Translations under genes and position numbers: made by a program
Source of the DNA: a virus
Virus record (IMG/VR): IMGVR_UViG_3300044769_000137
Length of the DNA stretch: 35,292 nucleotides
Direction: 5' to 3' (one strand)
Part shown: one piece after another, positions 1-8,170 of the stretch
Layout: each line of letters begins with the position of its first letter
Numbering within the stretch: the stretch's first letter is position 1
The notes under the pieces: model-generated
What the model saw: the letters and a program-made list of their open reading frames with translations, nothing else
The model's database searches: none
Told to the model about the DNA's origin: nothing

Positions 1-127
1 CGCTGGTGTGGTTGAGGAAATACTTGGTCTCGTCGTTGAAGTCGAGCGGGGTGACCTCGCCCTCGACCTGGAGCAGGAGCTGCGCCATGCTAGCGCCCCG
101 CCCCGGTGGTGGACCCGACGAGTGGGG
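1..127. repeat. Terminal direct repeat, copy A (identical to 35166-35292); circular-assembly overlap or true DTR
   Basis: Direct comparison: cgctggtgtggttgaggaaatac...gacgagtgggg occurs at both ends. Bases 1-88 duplicate the 5' end of the 1144-aa gene. Confidence 0.95.
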
Positions 128-344
128 CGAGCCCCTTCGCCAGCGTCTCGCCCCACTCGTCGGGTCGCGTCTCCACGAGCGTGCCGTCGACCCACTGGAA
201 GTACGGCCGGCCGTCGACGGTCACCTCCAGGGCAAAGGAGGTCGCCCCGATCGGTCCGCCCATCGACAGTCCGATCATGGTCCCTTCGGGGAGGCGTTCG
301 CGCAGCTCTTCGAATACCAGCGAGAGCAGGCGTTCCACTTGCAT
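90..344 (-). CDS. Hypothetical 84-aa protein between tape measure and large distal tail protein
   Basis: ATG at 344 overlaps the tape-measure stop (ATGA). Its stop lies 1 nt before the ATG of the 1144-aa gene in the circular map. Codon bias is coding-like. No motif recognised. Confidence 0.6.
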   Translation of the reverse strand: MQVERLLSLVFEELRERLPEGTMIGLSMGGPIGATSFALEVTVDGRPYFQWVDGTLVETRPDEWGETLAKGLAPLVGSTTGAGR

Positions 345-2530
345 CAGTCCCCCTGGACCGCAACCCGGGTCCGCGTGTTCTCGGTCCCGATGCGGTTGAT
401 CTGGCGCACGAACTCGCGCGGGCCGCCGCTCCCGTAGAACTGCGGGTTGTGCATCTCCACCTTCCAGGCCGGTCCCGACGGCCCGCCGGCCTGGGCCAGG
501 GCCTGGTTCGCGCCCGCCGAGGACGCCTGCGCGATCATGCCGTTCAGGCGCTCGAGCGGCACCGCGGCCTCCGGGCCGGCCTCGCCAAACATGGCCAGGG
601 TGGGCCGCAGCGCCAGCGCCCCGCGCGCCAGCTCGGGGATGCTCGGGATGTTCGGCAGGTCGATGGTGAACCCGCCCACGCTGCCGCCACCGGGCAGCTC
701 CACCTTGGGCACGTCGATCTGCAGCTTGTTCAGCTGGTCGATGAAGAAGTTGATGATCTTTATGTAAGTGTTCACGTAGGCCTTCGTGAGGCTGATGACG
801 GCCTCCCAGGCCCGCCGCTGAAACTCCGGGAAGTCCTCGAAGGCCAGCTTGATGAGGTCGAGCGCACCCAGGAATGCGGCGCTGATCCCATCCCAGATGC
901 CCGTCACCGCATTCCGGAAGTCCTCATTGGTGGTCCACAGGATGAGGACGGCCGCCGTGATCCCGGCGATGGCCAGGATGATGAGGCCCACCGGCCCCAG
1001 TAGGACCGTGAAGGCCGCGCCCACGATGGGGGCCAGCGTCACGATGGTTCCCCACGCCGCGACCACGCCGGCCACGGTGGTGATGAGGGTGCCCACCACC
1101 ACCAGCAGCGGCCCGATGGAGGCGATCACCGCCAGCACGCCCACGATCACGAGCTGCTGGCCCTCGTCCATCTTGCTGAACCCGTCCGCCGCCCCGATCA
1201 CCAGGTCGATCAGCGGCATCAGCACGTCGATGACCTTGCCGATGGCCGGGGCCAGCCCATCGCCCAGCTTCTGGAGCAGCACCTCGGCCTTGGCCTGCAG
1301 CTGCTCCATCTCGAACCCGTTCTGGTTGATGGTCTGCGTCTGCTCGTAGAACGCCTCCTCGGTGGTGCCGGTCACGTCGCCCATGGCGGCCAGCTTCTCT
1401 TTGTAGCTCTCCGCCTGCGACCCGGAGAGGGCCATCACGGCGGTCAGGGCCTCCACCGAGGACCACGCCTGGCCAGACTTCAGCGTGTTGCCCTCGAACT
1501 GCAGGTTCAACAGCTCGATCGCCTCGCTGATACCGACCGTCTCGACGATCGTGCCGCCCAGCGCACCGGCGGCCTCGTTCATCGACTTGGCGGTCTTCTC
1601 GCTGTCGTTCTCGAGCTTCTTGAGGTCGACCGAGAGCTCTTTGTACGCCTTCGAGCCCTTCTGTCCCGCCGCCTCCATCGCCGCCTGCTGCTCGACCAGG
1701 AGGCCGATCTTGGTGGCCCCGGCGTTGTACTGGTCGACCAGCCCGCGCCAGTTGTCGACGAGCTCGCCGCCCACCAGCCGCCCCTGCGCGTCGAGCTGGC
1801 CCGCCACGTCGCTGATGGCCTTCTGCATCTGCTCGGTCGGCTTCAGGATCGCCTGGTACGTCGCGCGGAGCTGGGTGGTGACCTCGGCGGTGTTGCCGGT
1901 CACGCCGGTGAGGGTCGCCATGGAGGCGAACAGCTCCTCCTGCGTGACGCCCAGCGCGGCCGCAATAGGCACGACGGTTCCGATACTGGCGGCCAGCTCG
2001 GGGAAAGTCGTCTGGCCTAAATTCACGGCCATGAAGCCCAGGTCGGCGGCGTGCTGGACGGCCTCGACGGTGACGGTGTTGTAGCCCTTGGTCACCGCCG
2101 CGGTGAGGCCCAGCGCCTCCTCGGTCTGCGCCAGGCCCGCCTTGGCCGCCACGGCGTTAATGCGCAGGATCTCCATGGTGTCGGCGGTGTCCCCGAAGGT
2201 GGAGATCACCTCGTACAGGCCGCCGCTGATGTCCTTGGTCGACTTGCCGACCTCGACCGCCAGGTCCTGCACGCCGTCCTTCAGCTCGAGCACGCGCGCG
2301 GTGCTGCCGGGGATGAGGGTGGCCACGTTGGCCATGGCGGCGTTCATCTCGGTGCCGGCGGAGGCCGCCGCGATGCCCACCCCGACCAGGGGGAGGGTGA
2401 GGCCGACCGACATCACGCCCCCGAGGTCGGTGACGCCCTTGCCGAACTTCTGGATCTGTTTCTCGCTGTCCTGGAGGTCGGTGTGGAACTGCGAGAGGTC
2501 CGACAGGACGCGGACGATGAGCTGCGCCAT
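344..2530 (-). CDS. Tail tape measure protein (728 aa)
   Basis: Lies directly downstream of the G/GT chaperone pair. Long Ala/Gly/Leu-rich helical protein with a central block of hydrophobic TM-like segments (VIVGVLAVIASIGPLLVVVGTLITTVAGVV...). N-terminal region resembles the TP901-type TMP core. GAGGGG RBS before the ATG at 2530. Confidence 0.9.
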   Translation of the reverse strand: MAQLIVRVLSDLSQFHTDLQDSEKQIQKFGKGVTDLGGVMSVGLTLPLVGVGIAAASAGTEMNAAMANVATLIPGSTARVLELKDGVQDLAVEVGKSTKDISGGLYEVISTFGDTADTMEILRINAVAAKAGLAQTEEALGLTAAVTKGYNTVTVEAVQHAADLGFMAVNLGQTTFPELAASIGTVVPIAAALGVTQEELFASMATLTGVTGNTAEVTTQLRATYQAILKPTEQMQKAISDVAGQLDAQGRLVGGELVDNWRGLVDQYNAGATKIGLLVEQQAAMEAAGQKGSKAYKELSVDLKKLENDSEKTAKSMNEAAGALGGTIVETVGISEAIELLNLQFEGNTLKSGQAWSSVEALTAVMALSGSQAESYKEKLAAMGDVTGTTEEAFYEQTQTINQNGFEMEQLQAKAEVLLQKLGDGLAPAIGKVIDVLMPLIDLVIGAADGFSKMDEGQQLVIVGVLAVIASIGPLLVVVGTLITTVAGVVAAWGTIVTLAPIVGAAFTVLLGPVGLIILAIAGITAAVLILWTTNEDFRNAVTGIWDGISAAFLGALDLIKLAFEDFPEFQRRAWEAVISLTKAYVNTYIKIINFFIDQLNKLQIDVPKVELPGGGSVGGFTIDLPNIPSIPELARGALALRPTLAMFGEAGPEAAVPLERLNGMIAQASSAGANQALAQAGGPSGPAWKVEMHNPQFYGSGGPREFVRQINRIGTENTRTRVAVQGD

Positions 2531-2535
2531 GTGAT

Positions 2536-3230
2536 CTAGCCCCTCGTGCCGTTGGGCAGCGCGGCGGCGGCCAGGATGGCGGCCTGCTCCTCGGCGGTCT
2601 GGCGCTTCGTGCCGCCCTTACGGGGCACGAAGTCGTCCAGGCGGAAGGGACGGGCCCGCCGCTTGGGGTTGCGGTTCGCGTTGGCCAGGATGGTGGCGAT
2701 CAGGGCGAATCTCCGATCCTCGCGCTCCTGCTGCAGCTCGTAGCGGTGACTCAAGCCGAAGAACTCCCGCAGGGTCAGCCCCCACAGCTCGCTGGGCGTC
2801 AGTCCGAAGTCGTAGACGCCGACGCTCCAGACGCGATCCCATTCGACGCGGGATGCCGCCGCGCCGCCCGGTTCTGCGCCAAAGGGCGGGCGGCTGTACC
2901 GTTCCCTCCGGCCGCGGGCGCGGGCATGGCCACCCCGACGGCCTGGTCGATGGCCGCGCGGATCTGGCTGAAGTTCTCAATGTCCACGATCTCGTACACC
3001 TGCTCGAGGGTCAGGTCGGGATCCTCATGGCACAAGCCGGCCCACAGCATGGTGGTGACGCCCTCGAGGGTGCGCGACCACTCGGCGAGCGCCTCCTGCT
3101 GCTCGATCCCGATGCCAGACGCCTCCTCGATGCGGCGGAGCGCCCCCAGCGTGAAGCGCAGGTGGCGCGGGCGGTCGAGCTCGAGCCGCAGCCCGCGCAC
3201 CGGGTCGGCGCCCTGGACGATCTCGGTCAT
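2536..3230 (-). CDS. Tail assembly chaperone G-T fusion made by a -1 programmed ribosomal frameshift at 2880-2886
   Basis: The -1 frame is open from 2976 to 2536. After the slip it reads PFGAEPGGAAASRVEWDRVWSVGVYDFGLTPSELWGLTLREFFGLSHRYELQQEREDRRFALIATILANANRNPKRRARPFRLDDF..., which is clearly protein-like and gpT-like. The frame relation between 3230 and 2754 is exactly -1. Confidence 0.7.
2799..3230 (-). CDS. Tail assembly chaperone (gpG-like, 143 aa, zero-frame product)
   Basis: Lies between the major tail and tape measure genes. GGAGGAG RBS 6 nt before the ATG at 3230 (the track start at 3245 is a GTG inside the RBS). The translated tail after the slip site looks non-protein-like. Confidence 0.8.
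   Translation of the reverse strand: MTEIVQGADPVRGLRLELDRPRHLRFTLGALRRIEEASGIGIEQQEALAEWSRTLEGVTTMLWAGLCHEDPDLTLEQVYEIVDIENFSQIRAAIDQAVGVAMPAPAAGGNGTAARPLAQNRAARRHPASNGIASGASASTTSD
2880..2886 (-). promoter_or_regulatory. -1 frameshift slippery heptamer C CCT TTG (X XXY YYZ)
   Basis: Zero-frame codons are cgC CCT TTG. Re-pairing to CCC TTT enters the open gpT frame. It is located 27 codons before the G stop, as in lambda G/GT-type systems. Confidence 0.65.
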
Positions 3231-3397
3231 GGTCGACTCCTCCACTGCCGCACCAGGCTACTCACCACGAACCACCAGAAGCCCGGATGCCAACGGTGAA
3301 TCGTCACCGTGAAATCCGCATACGCGCGTCCGTCCGCACCGACGTGGACGGCATTCGGACGCAGGGGACTCAGTTTCATCCAGCTGGGCGGTCTCAT
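3227..3397 (-). CDS. Possible small ORF (56 aa, MRPPSWMKLSPLRPNAVHVGADGRAYADFTVTIHRWHPGFWWFVVSSLVRQWRSRP)
   Basis: Not in the track (under 60 aa). AGGAG lies 8 nt upstream of the ATG at 3397. Its TGA overlaps the chaperone ATG (ATGA). GC3 is visibly lower than in neighbouring genes, so it may be non-coding spacer. Confidence 0.3.
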   Translation of the reverse strand: MRPPSWMKLSPLRPNAVHVGADGRAYADFTVTIHRWHPGFWWFVVSSLVRQWRSRP

Positions 3398-3409
3398 CCC
3401 CCCCGCTCC

Positions 3410-4147
3410 TTATGTGGTGGCCCGCACGATGTCGAGGGTGTACGTCTTGGTCGCCTTGCCCGACTCGGCCACCTCGATGAACGCCCGCGTGATGGAGCCC
3501 GCCGCCCCCAGCGCGACCGCGCCCGACGCCACGCCGGTGGCCACCGTGGTCCCGTTGACCGTGATGGTCCCCACCGCCGCAGTCGGCGTGATGGTGACCG
3601 ACGAGCTGCCGGTCGGGACGTTGACCACATAGCTGGTGGTCGACTGCGCCTTGGCCGGTACGGTGTCGGTTGCCGTGCTCACCACGAAGAAGGGCGTCGT
3701 GAGGCCGGCGGCGAAGGTCACCGTGAACAGGCCCTGGCCCGACAGGCGGATCTCGCCGTTGAACTCGAGGTTGGCGTCCATCTGCGGGTTGAATTTGGTG
3801 GTCTTGAGGAAGCCGCCCCCCTCCCACTGGCCCATGCCGTTGGGGAGCGTGATGCGGTACGGGTACTCCGCCTCGTACACGAACTCGCCCTGGGTCTCCT
3901 GGATCATGCCGAGCTGGGAGGGGTGCGCGACCCAGTAGCCGCTGAAGGTCATGGTGCCGGGGTCCAGCAGCCCCCGCGCGAAGCGGCGGAAGCCGCCGGG
4001 GCTGCCGTGGGTGGTGCGTTCCACGTCGTCGGCTTCCGGCCCGAACTCGCCGATCTCGTACAGCCCGGCGATGGTCTCGAAGCCGGTGCCCCGATCGACC
4101 TCGAGGATAGTTCCAAATCCCAGGATCGCGTCAACGTCCAGCGCCAT
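3410..4147 (-). CDS. Major tail (tube) protein with C-terminal cadherin-like/Ig-like beta-sandwich domain (245 aa)
   Basis: Lies immediately upstream of the chaperones. The N-terminal ~140 aa resemble TP901-1/phi13-type tube proteins. The C-terminus TSYVVNVPTGSSSVTITPTAAVGTITVNGTTVATGVASGAVALGAAGSITRAFIEVAESGKATKTYTLDIVR fits the cadherin-like beta-sandwich pattern. A GGAGG RBS overlaps the upstream stop. Confidence 0.8.
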   Translation of the reverse strand: MALDVDAILGFGTILEVDRGTGFETIAGLYEIGEFGPEADDVERTTHGSPGGFRRFARGLLDPGTMTFSGYWVAHPSQLGMIQETQGEFVYEAEYPYRITLPNGMGQWEGGGFLKTTKFNPQMDANLEFNGEIRLSGQGLFTVTFAAGLTTPFFVVSTATDTVPAKAQSTTSYVVNVPTGSSSVTITPTAAVGTITVNGTTVATGVASGAVALGAAGSITRAFIEVAESGKATKTYTLDIVRATT

Positions 4148-4150
4148 GGC

Positions 4151-4615
4151 TTACCTCCACAGGTAGAGATTCCGCTTGTTGATGTCGAGGAACGCCTCGA
4201 ACCCGATGTAGCTCTTGTTCGCCCGCGTGACGATCCCCAACGTCGGCTCCGCCCCCCGCAGGAGCGCGCTGGTGCAGGTGTGGTCGAGACTCTGGTCCTG
4301 GCAGAACGCCTCCAGGGTCGCCTCCCAGAACGCCTCGGCGATCAGGATGGCCTGCTGGCTGTCGGCGATCGCCTCCGCCGCGATGAACTGGAGGCGCACC
4401 GCGTAGCCGATCTCCCGCAGCGCCATGCGCCGCGCGGGGTCGACCGGCAGGAAGGTCCACTCGTTCTGAAAACACCTCGGCCCCGGCAGCGCGTACTGCG
4501 GGTCGAGGAACGAGCGGTAGACCTTGGTGACCGTGTAGGGGCCAGGGGTCGTGATGGTGAGGCCCTCCTCGAGGGCGATGATGCGGTCGAGACAGGGGCC
4601 GATGGTGCCGGTCAC
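4151..4615 (-). CDS. Tail terminator / tail completion candidate (154 aa), assigned by position
   Basis: Last gene before the tube protein. GTG at 4615 overlaps the upstream stop (GTGA). An alternative GTG lies at 4624. The longer track ORF (to 4786) has an Arg/Gly-rich, non-protein-like N-terminus. Confidence 0.55.
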   Translation of the reverse strand: MTGTIGPCLDRIIALEEGLTITTPGPYTVTKVYRSFLDPQYALPGPRCFQNEWTFLPVDPARRMALREIGYAVRLQFIAAEAIADSQQAILIAEAFWEATLEAFCQDQSLDHTCTSALLRGAEPTLGIVTRANKSYIGFEAFLDINKRNLYLWR

Positions 4616-5091
4616 CGTCGCCACTCCCGCTCGACGCCCCGCTCCCAGTCGCGCGTGAGGTCCGGCATGGCGTCCTCGACCGCCTTCCGCCCGGCCAGCA
4701 GGAACTTCTTGCCCTTGGTGCCGCCGGTGCGGATCAGCTCCTGGAGCGCCCGCAGGTTGCCGCTGTAGCCGACGGCCCGGGCCCACCGCTCGAGCTTGCG
4801 GATCGAGACGCGATCGCCGGGCCTGCGCCCGCGGTCGATGGAGATGACGGTCGCCTTGAGCATGGCGGAATACACGGTGCTGCCCCGACGGTCGATGCCC
4901 ACGTTCCGCCCGATCGAGCGGACGGCCGTGCCGGTCCCGCCGTCGATCGCCAGGACCGACGCCTTCTGGCCGACGCGGGTGGCCTCCTCCATGATGGCCA
5001 GGAGCGGGGCCTCCACCAGGCGGGGGTTCTTGAGCTTGGCCGCCACGGCCTCCACCCCCTCGACCTTCACGCGCACGCGGGGCCGGGGCAT
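4612..5091 (-). CDS. HK97 gp10-like head-tail joining protein (159 aa)
   Basis: ATG at 5091 overlaps the upstream stop (ATGA). The MPRPRVRVKVEGVEAVAAKLKN... opening and the size are typical of the HK97 gp10 family. The 372-aa track ORF is an artefactual extension. Confidence 0.6.
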   Translation of the reverse strand: MPRPRVRVKVEGVEAVAAKLKNPRLVEAPLLAIMEEATRVGQKASVLAIDGGTGTAVRSIGRNVGIDRRGSTVYSAMLKATVISIDRGRRPGDRVSIRKLERWARAVGYSGNLRALQELIRTGGTKGKKFLLAGRKAVEDAMPDLTRDWERGVEREWRR

Positions 5092-5711
5092 CAGGCGATC
5101 CACCAGGTCTTGTACATCTCGACCAGGCGGTAGACGATGGCGATGGCCGACGGCGAGGTCTCGATCGCCTCCCCCAGCTCGGGAATGCGGCGGGTGGCGC
5201 GGGGGGTCTCCAGGCGCAGCAGCGCGGCGAGCTGGATGGTGCCGGCGTTGATAGCGGCCGGCACCTGGGGCCAGCCCCGCTGACAGACGATCGTCGCCCG
5301 CCCGCCGCCGAAGGCCGTGCCCGACGGATAGGCCGGGCGAATCTCGCGGTAGGGCTCCGGCTCCGGCTGGAGCGGCGCCCCGGTGGGCCACAGCTCGAGG
5401 CCGGCCGTGAGCAGCGGGGTCGCGGTGCCGAAAGCCACCGAGGTGACCGACACCAGCGGCGGGAGGGACGGGCGGGTGTTCCCGGCGTGGATGGCCAGGG
5501 GGGCGGGACGGCGCCAGTCCGGGCATGCCACGTCCACCACGATCGTCACGTCGGCCGCGTCCCGACTGAAGAACTCGCCCAGCTTGCCGTCCAGGTAGCG
5601 GCTGATGGCCACCAGATCGGTGGTGATGAGCGCGTCGTCGCCGTCGTCCCGATCGGGCGAGATGACCGCCCGGTACTCCTCGGCCGTGGCGTAGGGGTCG
5701 GCGATGGCCAT
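5091..5711 (-). CDS. Head-tail connector/adaptor, gp6-like (206 aa)
   Basis: ATG at 5711 overlaps the upstream stop (ATGA). N-terminus ADPYATAEEYRAVISPDRDDGDDALITTDLVAISRYLDGKLG and C-terminus WPQVPAAINAGTIQLAALLRLE match the gp6-like connector pattern. Confidence 0.6.
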   Translation of the reverse strand: MAIADPYATAEEYRAVISPDRDDGDDALITTDLVAISRYLDGKLGEFFSRDAADVTIVVDVACPDWRRPAPLAIHAGNTRPSLPPLVSVTSVAFGTATPLLTAGLELWPTGAPLQPEPEPYREIRPAYPSGTAFGGGRATIVCQRGWPQVPAAINAGTIQLAALLRLETPRATRRIPELGEAIETSPSAIAIVYRLVEMYKTWWIA

Positions 5712-6715
5712 CAGCGGCACCGCCGCACATAGCTCGGAATGCAGGTGACGCGGGTGGCCGTCGGGCTCGGGGTCAGGGTGGGAGGCGTGCCGTACACAAA
5801 GTCCCGATGCGCGCGGCCCTCCACGGTCAGCGAGCCGTTCGGGTTGAACAGCCAGGCCGCGTGCCCGTTCTGGTCGCAGGGCTGGTGAACGTTCCCGAAG
5901 TAGAGCGCCATCCGCACCCCGATCGCCGCAAAGGTCTGGAGGCCGGTGAGCGTGTAGTGGTAGCGGTCGGCTTCGCTCTGCCCGGCGGGCGGACAGCTCG
6001 GCTCGAACCGCTCGGCCCAGTGGCCCCATTCGGTCACGCTGATGCCCCACCCGTGCGCGTGAGCGAAGGCAGCGGCCTGCTGGGTCTGACTGGCGAGCTG
6101 CGGCTCGGTCGAGGGGAGGTCGTAGGAGGTCTGCGGGTAGAAGTGAAAGTTGAGGTCGTGCAGGAATGGGGAGGCGCCGAACTGCTGCTGATAGACGGTC
6201 AGGAACCGCTGGTACGCCTGCTGGCCCGTCACGATGTCGGGCGCACAGCAGTAGGCGGTCCAGCCGATCACCGAAGGCCCCACAATGCGGGCGGTCGGAT
6301 CAGCCGAGCGGATGGCGGCCACCTGTCCCGCGTACCACTCGACGAACGGCACCGCGTCGGCGTCGGTGGTCAGGCCGCCATCCTGCCAGCGCGAGTTATT
6401 CTCGTTGCCGATCAGCCAGGTCAGGCCCTTGGTCTGCATGGCGGCCACCTGCGGCTGCGTTACCGAGCGCCACGGGTAGCGCAGGAGTCGCACGCGGTGG
6501 GGCTCGCCGTTCGCCGTCGGCTCGGCGGTGTATTGCTGGTACACGGTGCCGCCGTAGGCGGCCAGGTCCTGCGTCGGGGAGTGGGTCCCGCCGAGGAAGT
6601 TCTCGCCGATGGCCATGGCCGCCCCGCGCACGCCCTGGGCGATCCCCACCCAGGCGAGCAGCCCCAGCGCGCAGGCGATGGCGAGGCCCCGAAACGCCCG
6701 CAGTTTTGGCGACAT
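5711..6715 (-). CDS. Secreted (or SAR-anchored) glycoside hydrolase, clan GH-A (beta/alpha)8-like (334 aa)
   Basis: N-terminus MSPKLRAFRGLAIACALGLLAWVGIAQG has a basic n-region followed by a Gly/Ala-rich hydrophobic segment. LIGNENN (acid/base Glu motif) and ISVTEWG (nucleophile Glu motif) are spaced as in GH5/GH39/Glyco_hydro_cc-type enzymes. The start overlaps the LamG gene stop (TAATG). Confidence 0.7.
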   Translation of the reverse strand: MSPKLRAFRGLAIACALGLLAWVGIAQGVRGAAMAIGENFLGGTHSPTQDLAAYGGTVYQQYTAEPTANGEPHRVRLLRYPWRSVTQPQVAAMQTKGLTWLIGNENNSRWQDGGLTTDADAVPFVEWYAGQVAAIRSADPTARIVGPSVIGWTAYCCAPDIVTGQQAYQRFLTVYQQQFGASPFLHDLNFHFYPQTSYDLPSTEPQLASQTQQAAAFAHAHGWGISVTEWGHWAERFEPSCPPAGQSEADRYHYTLTGLQTFAAIGVRMALYFGNVHQPCDQNGHAAWLFNPNGSLTVEGRAHRDFVYGTPPTLTPSPTATRVTCIPSYVRRCR

Positions 6716-7500
6716 TAGTACAACGCCCAGCGCGTGTTCAGGTAGGCCCGGACCAGCGTAGCGTCACCCGCCGACAGGACGGGGTTGTAGAGCAGGATCT
6801 CGGCCTCGTGGCCGGAGAGGGGCAGAAGCGCATCGCCCCGCAGCCCGACCGAGAGGACCTGCGGAGTCGGGAGGGTGATTCCGACCGTGCGAGTATCTCG
6901 GAGGGTCCCCTGTTGAAAAATCGTCCACCCATCACTGCCATCGACATGACCATCGAGGAGCTGGTAGCCGCCGCCCACCATCGCGGCCGCGGTCCCGACC
7001 ACGGTCCCCGGCCCAAACTCGCCCGCCCCCTGGTTAGAAGCAGTCGCCACGAGCGAAGGCTTCCCGGTGGCGGCCGGGCACCGGAGACTCCACCCGCCGC
7101 CCGCGCCACCGTAGCTCACCCACGTCGGATAACTCCCGACGGCCACCAGTTTGCCCACCACGAACAGCGAAAAGCCCGTATCGGCCATCGCCAGCGCCGC
7201 CAGGGCGAGGACATCATTCGACCCGTCAAAGAGGAGGCTGGGCAGCCCATTCTGCTCGGCCAATTTGAGGAGCGGTCGGAGCCCGGCCGTCGCCTGGCTG
7301 ACATGCCGCGCGTTGCCACTCTGGTCTGCCCATCCCCCCACCGGATCGCCATCGGCCACGGCCGGGGTGGTGCGGGCGGCGTCCTGGTAGACACCCACAT
7401 CGGCTTGGAGCCAGAATTGCAGGCCGGCGATGCTCGAGGGCAGGAACGCCGAACCGGACCCCGACCCGGCCCCGGCGCAGGCGAGCAGTGACGCGGGCAT
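6715..7500 (-). CDS. LamG / concanavalin-A-like lectin domain protein (261 aa)
   Basis: GLQFWLQADVGVYQD...DPVGGWADQSGNARHVSQ...RPLLKLAEQNGLPSLLFDGSNDVL... is the characteristic LamG (Laminin_G_3) opening seen in phage fibre proteins. GAGGTGAG RBS. Paralogous to the C-terminus of the 1144-aa protein. Confidence 0.7.
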   Translation of the reverse strand: MPASLLACAGAGSGSGSAFLPSSIAGLQFWLQADVGVYQDAARTTPAVADGDPVGGWADQSGNARHVSQATAGLRPLLKLAEQNGLPSLLFDGSNDVLALAALAMADTGFSLFVVGKLVAVGSYPTWVSYGGAGGGWSLRCPAATGKPSLVATASNQGAGEFGPGTVVGTAAAMVGGGYQLLDGHVDGSDGWTIFQQGTLRDTRTVGITLPTPQVLSVGLRGDALLPLSGHEAEILLYNPVLSAGDATLVRAYLNTRWALY

Positions 7501-7509
7501 CAGCTCACC

Positions 7510-7857
7510 TCACGAGTAGAAGAGATTGATGTTCAGGTCGTCGGCCGCCACCGCCGCCGCGCTGCTGTCGGCCAGGCCGGTGACGGTCGTGATGGCCAGG
7601 CCGGTGCCGAACTGGATACCGGCCGGGGCGAACACGTTCGCCAGCGCCCCCCCCGGCAGCACCACCGTGAAGTACACGCCCGCGCCCGCCGTGGGGGTGG
7701 TGGCCGCGTTGTGGAACACCACCTTACGCGCGGCCGCGTTGCTGTTGTAGATGGCCCAGCCGTACAGCACGGCCGGCGCGGCCTTGACCACCTGGGCGTT
7801 GACGGTGGCGAGGGACTCGAGGTGGTAGACGCTGAACCCGTTATCGGAGACTGGCAT
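7510..7857 (-). CDS. Hypothetical virion-module protein (115 aa)
   Basis: ATG at 7857 shares one nt with the upstream TGA (TGATG). The product MPVSDNGFSVYHLESLATVNAQVVK... looks beta-rich. The upstream part of the 243-aa track ORF is Arg/Gly-rich junk. Confidence 0.6.
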   Translation of the reverse strand: MPVSDNGFSVYHLESLATVNAQVVKAAPAVLYGWAIYNSNAAARKVVFHNAATTPTAGAGVYFTVVLPGGALANVFAPAGIQFGTGLAITTVTGLADSSAAAVAADDLNINLFYS

Positions 7858-8156
7858 CAGCCCCCTCGGGCCTTGTTGCTGGTCTGCTCGGGCGTGACGG
7901 CCTTGGTCGCCGCGCCCTGGCGGGCCTTCGTTTCCTCGGTCTCTGGCCCCGCCTCCTCCGTCTCGGCCGGGGGCGGCGCGGGCGCGTTCGGGTCGGCCGG
8001 GGGCGGCAGCTGGCCCGCATAGGGCGCCGCCTCCTCCTCGGTCAGGGTGCCGCCCTCCCCGACCAGCAGCGCGGCCGCCTCCGGGGAATCCTCCGGCACG
8101 ATCTTCGTCCCGTCCGCGTTGCGGTACAGCCGCTCGGGACTCACGTAGTTCGGCAT
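7857..8156 (-). CDS. Hypothetical Pro/Glu/Ala-rich protein (99 aa)
   Basis: AGGAGG lies 6 nt upstream of the ATG at 8156 (MPNYVSPERLYRNADGTKIV...). The C-terminal half is low-complexity and acidic. Confidence 0.55.
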   Translation of the reverse strand: MPNYVSPERLYRNADGTKIVPEDSPEAAALLVGEGGTLTEEEAAPYAGQLPPPADPNAPAPPPAETEEAGPETEETKARQGAATKAVTPEQTSNKARGG

Positions 8157-8170
8157 GGTGCCCTCCTGAC

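Noticed and set aside
1-88. A truncated minus-strand gene fragment at the left end.
   Set aside because: It is the duplicated 5' end of the 1144-aa gene, created by the 127-bp terminal overlap, and not a separate pseudogene.
8-1003. Long plus-strand ORFs antisense to recognised genes: 8-1003, 3287-4768, 5807-6718, 6166-7491, 8827-10113, 10029-10805, 11164-11961, 17892-18965, 22347-23801, 24536-25645 and 31882-33750.
   Set aside because: Their translations are Arg/Gly/Pro/Ala-rich low-complexity strings, typical of stop-poor antisense frames in high-GC DNA. Each lies fully opposite a gene with clear family motifs, RBSs and coupling.
6715-7500. Lipoprotein signal in the LamG protein (MPASLLACAGAG).
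   Set aside because: There is no basic n-region, and the hydrophobic core before the Cys is only about 4 residues. This is not a convincing lipobox context.
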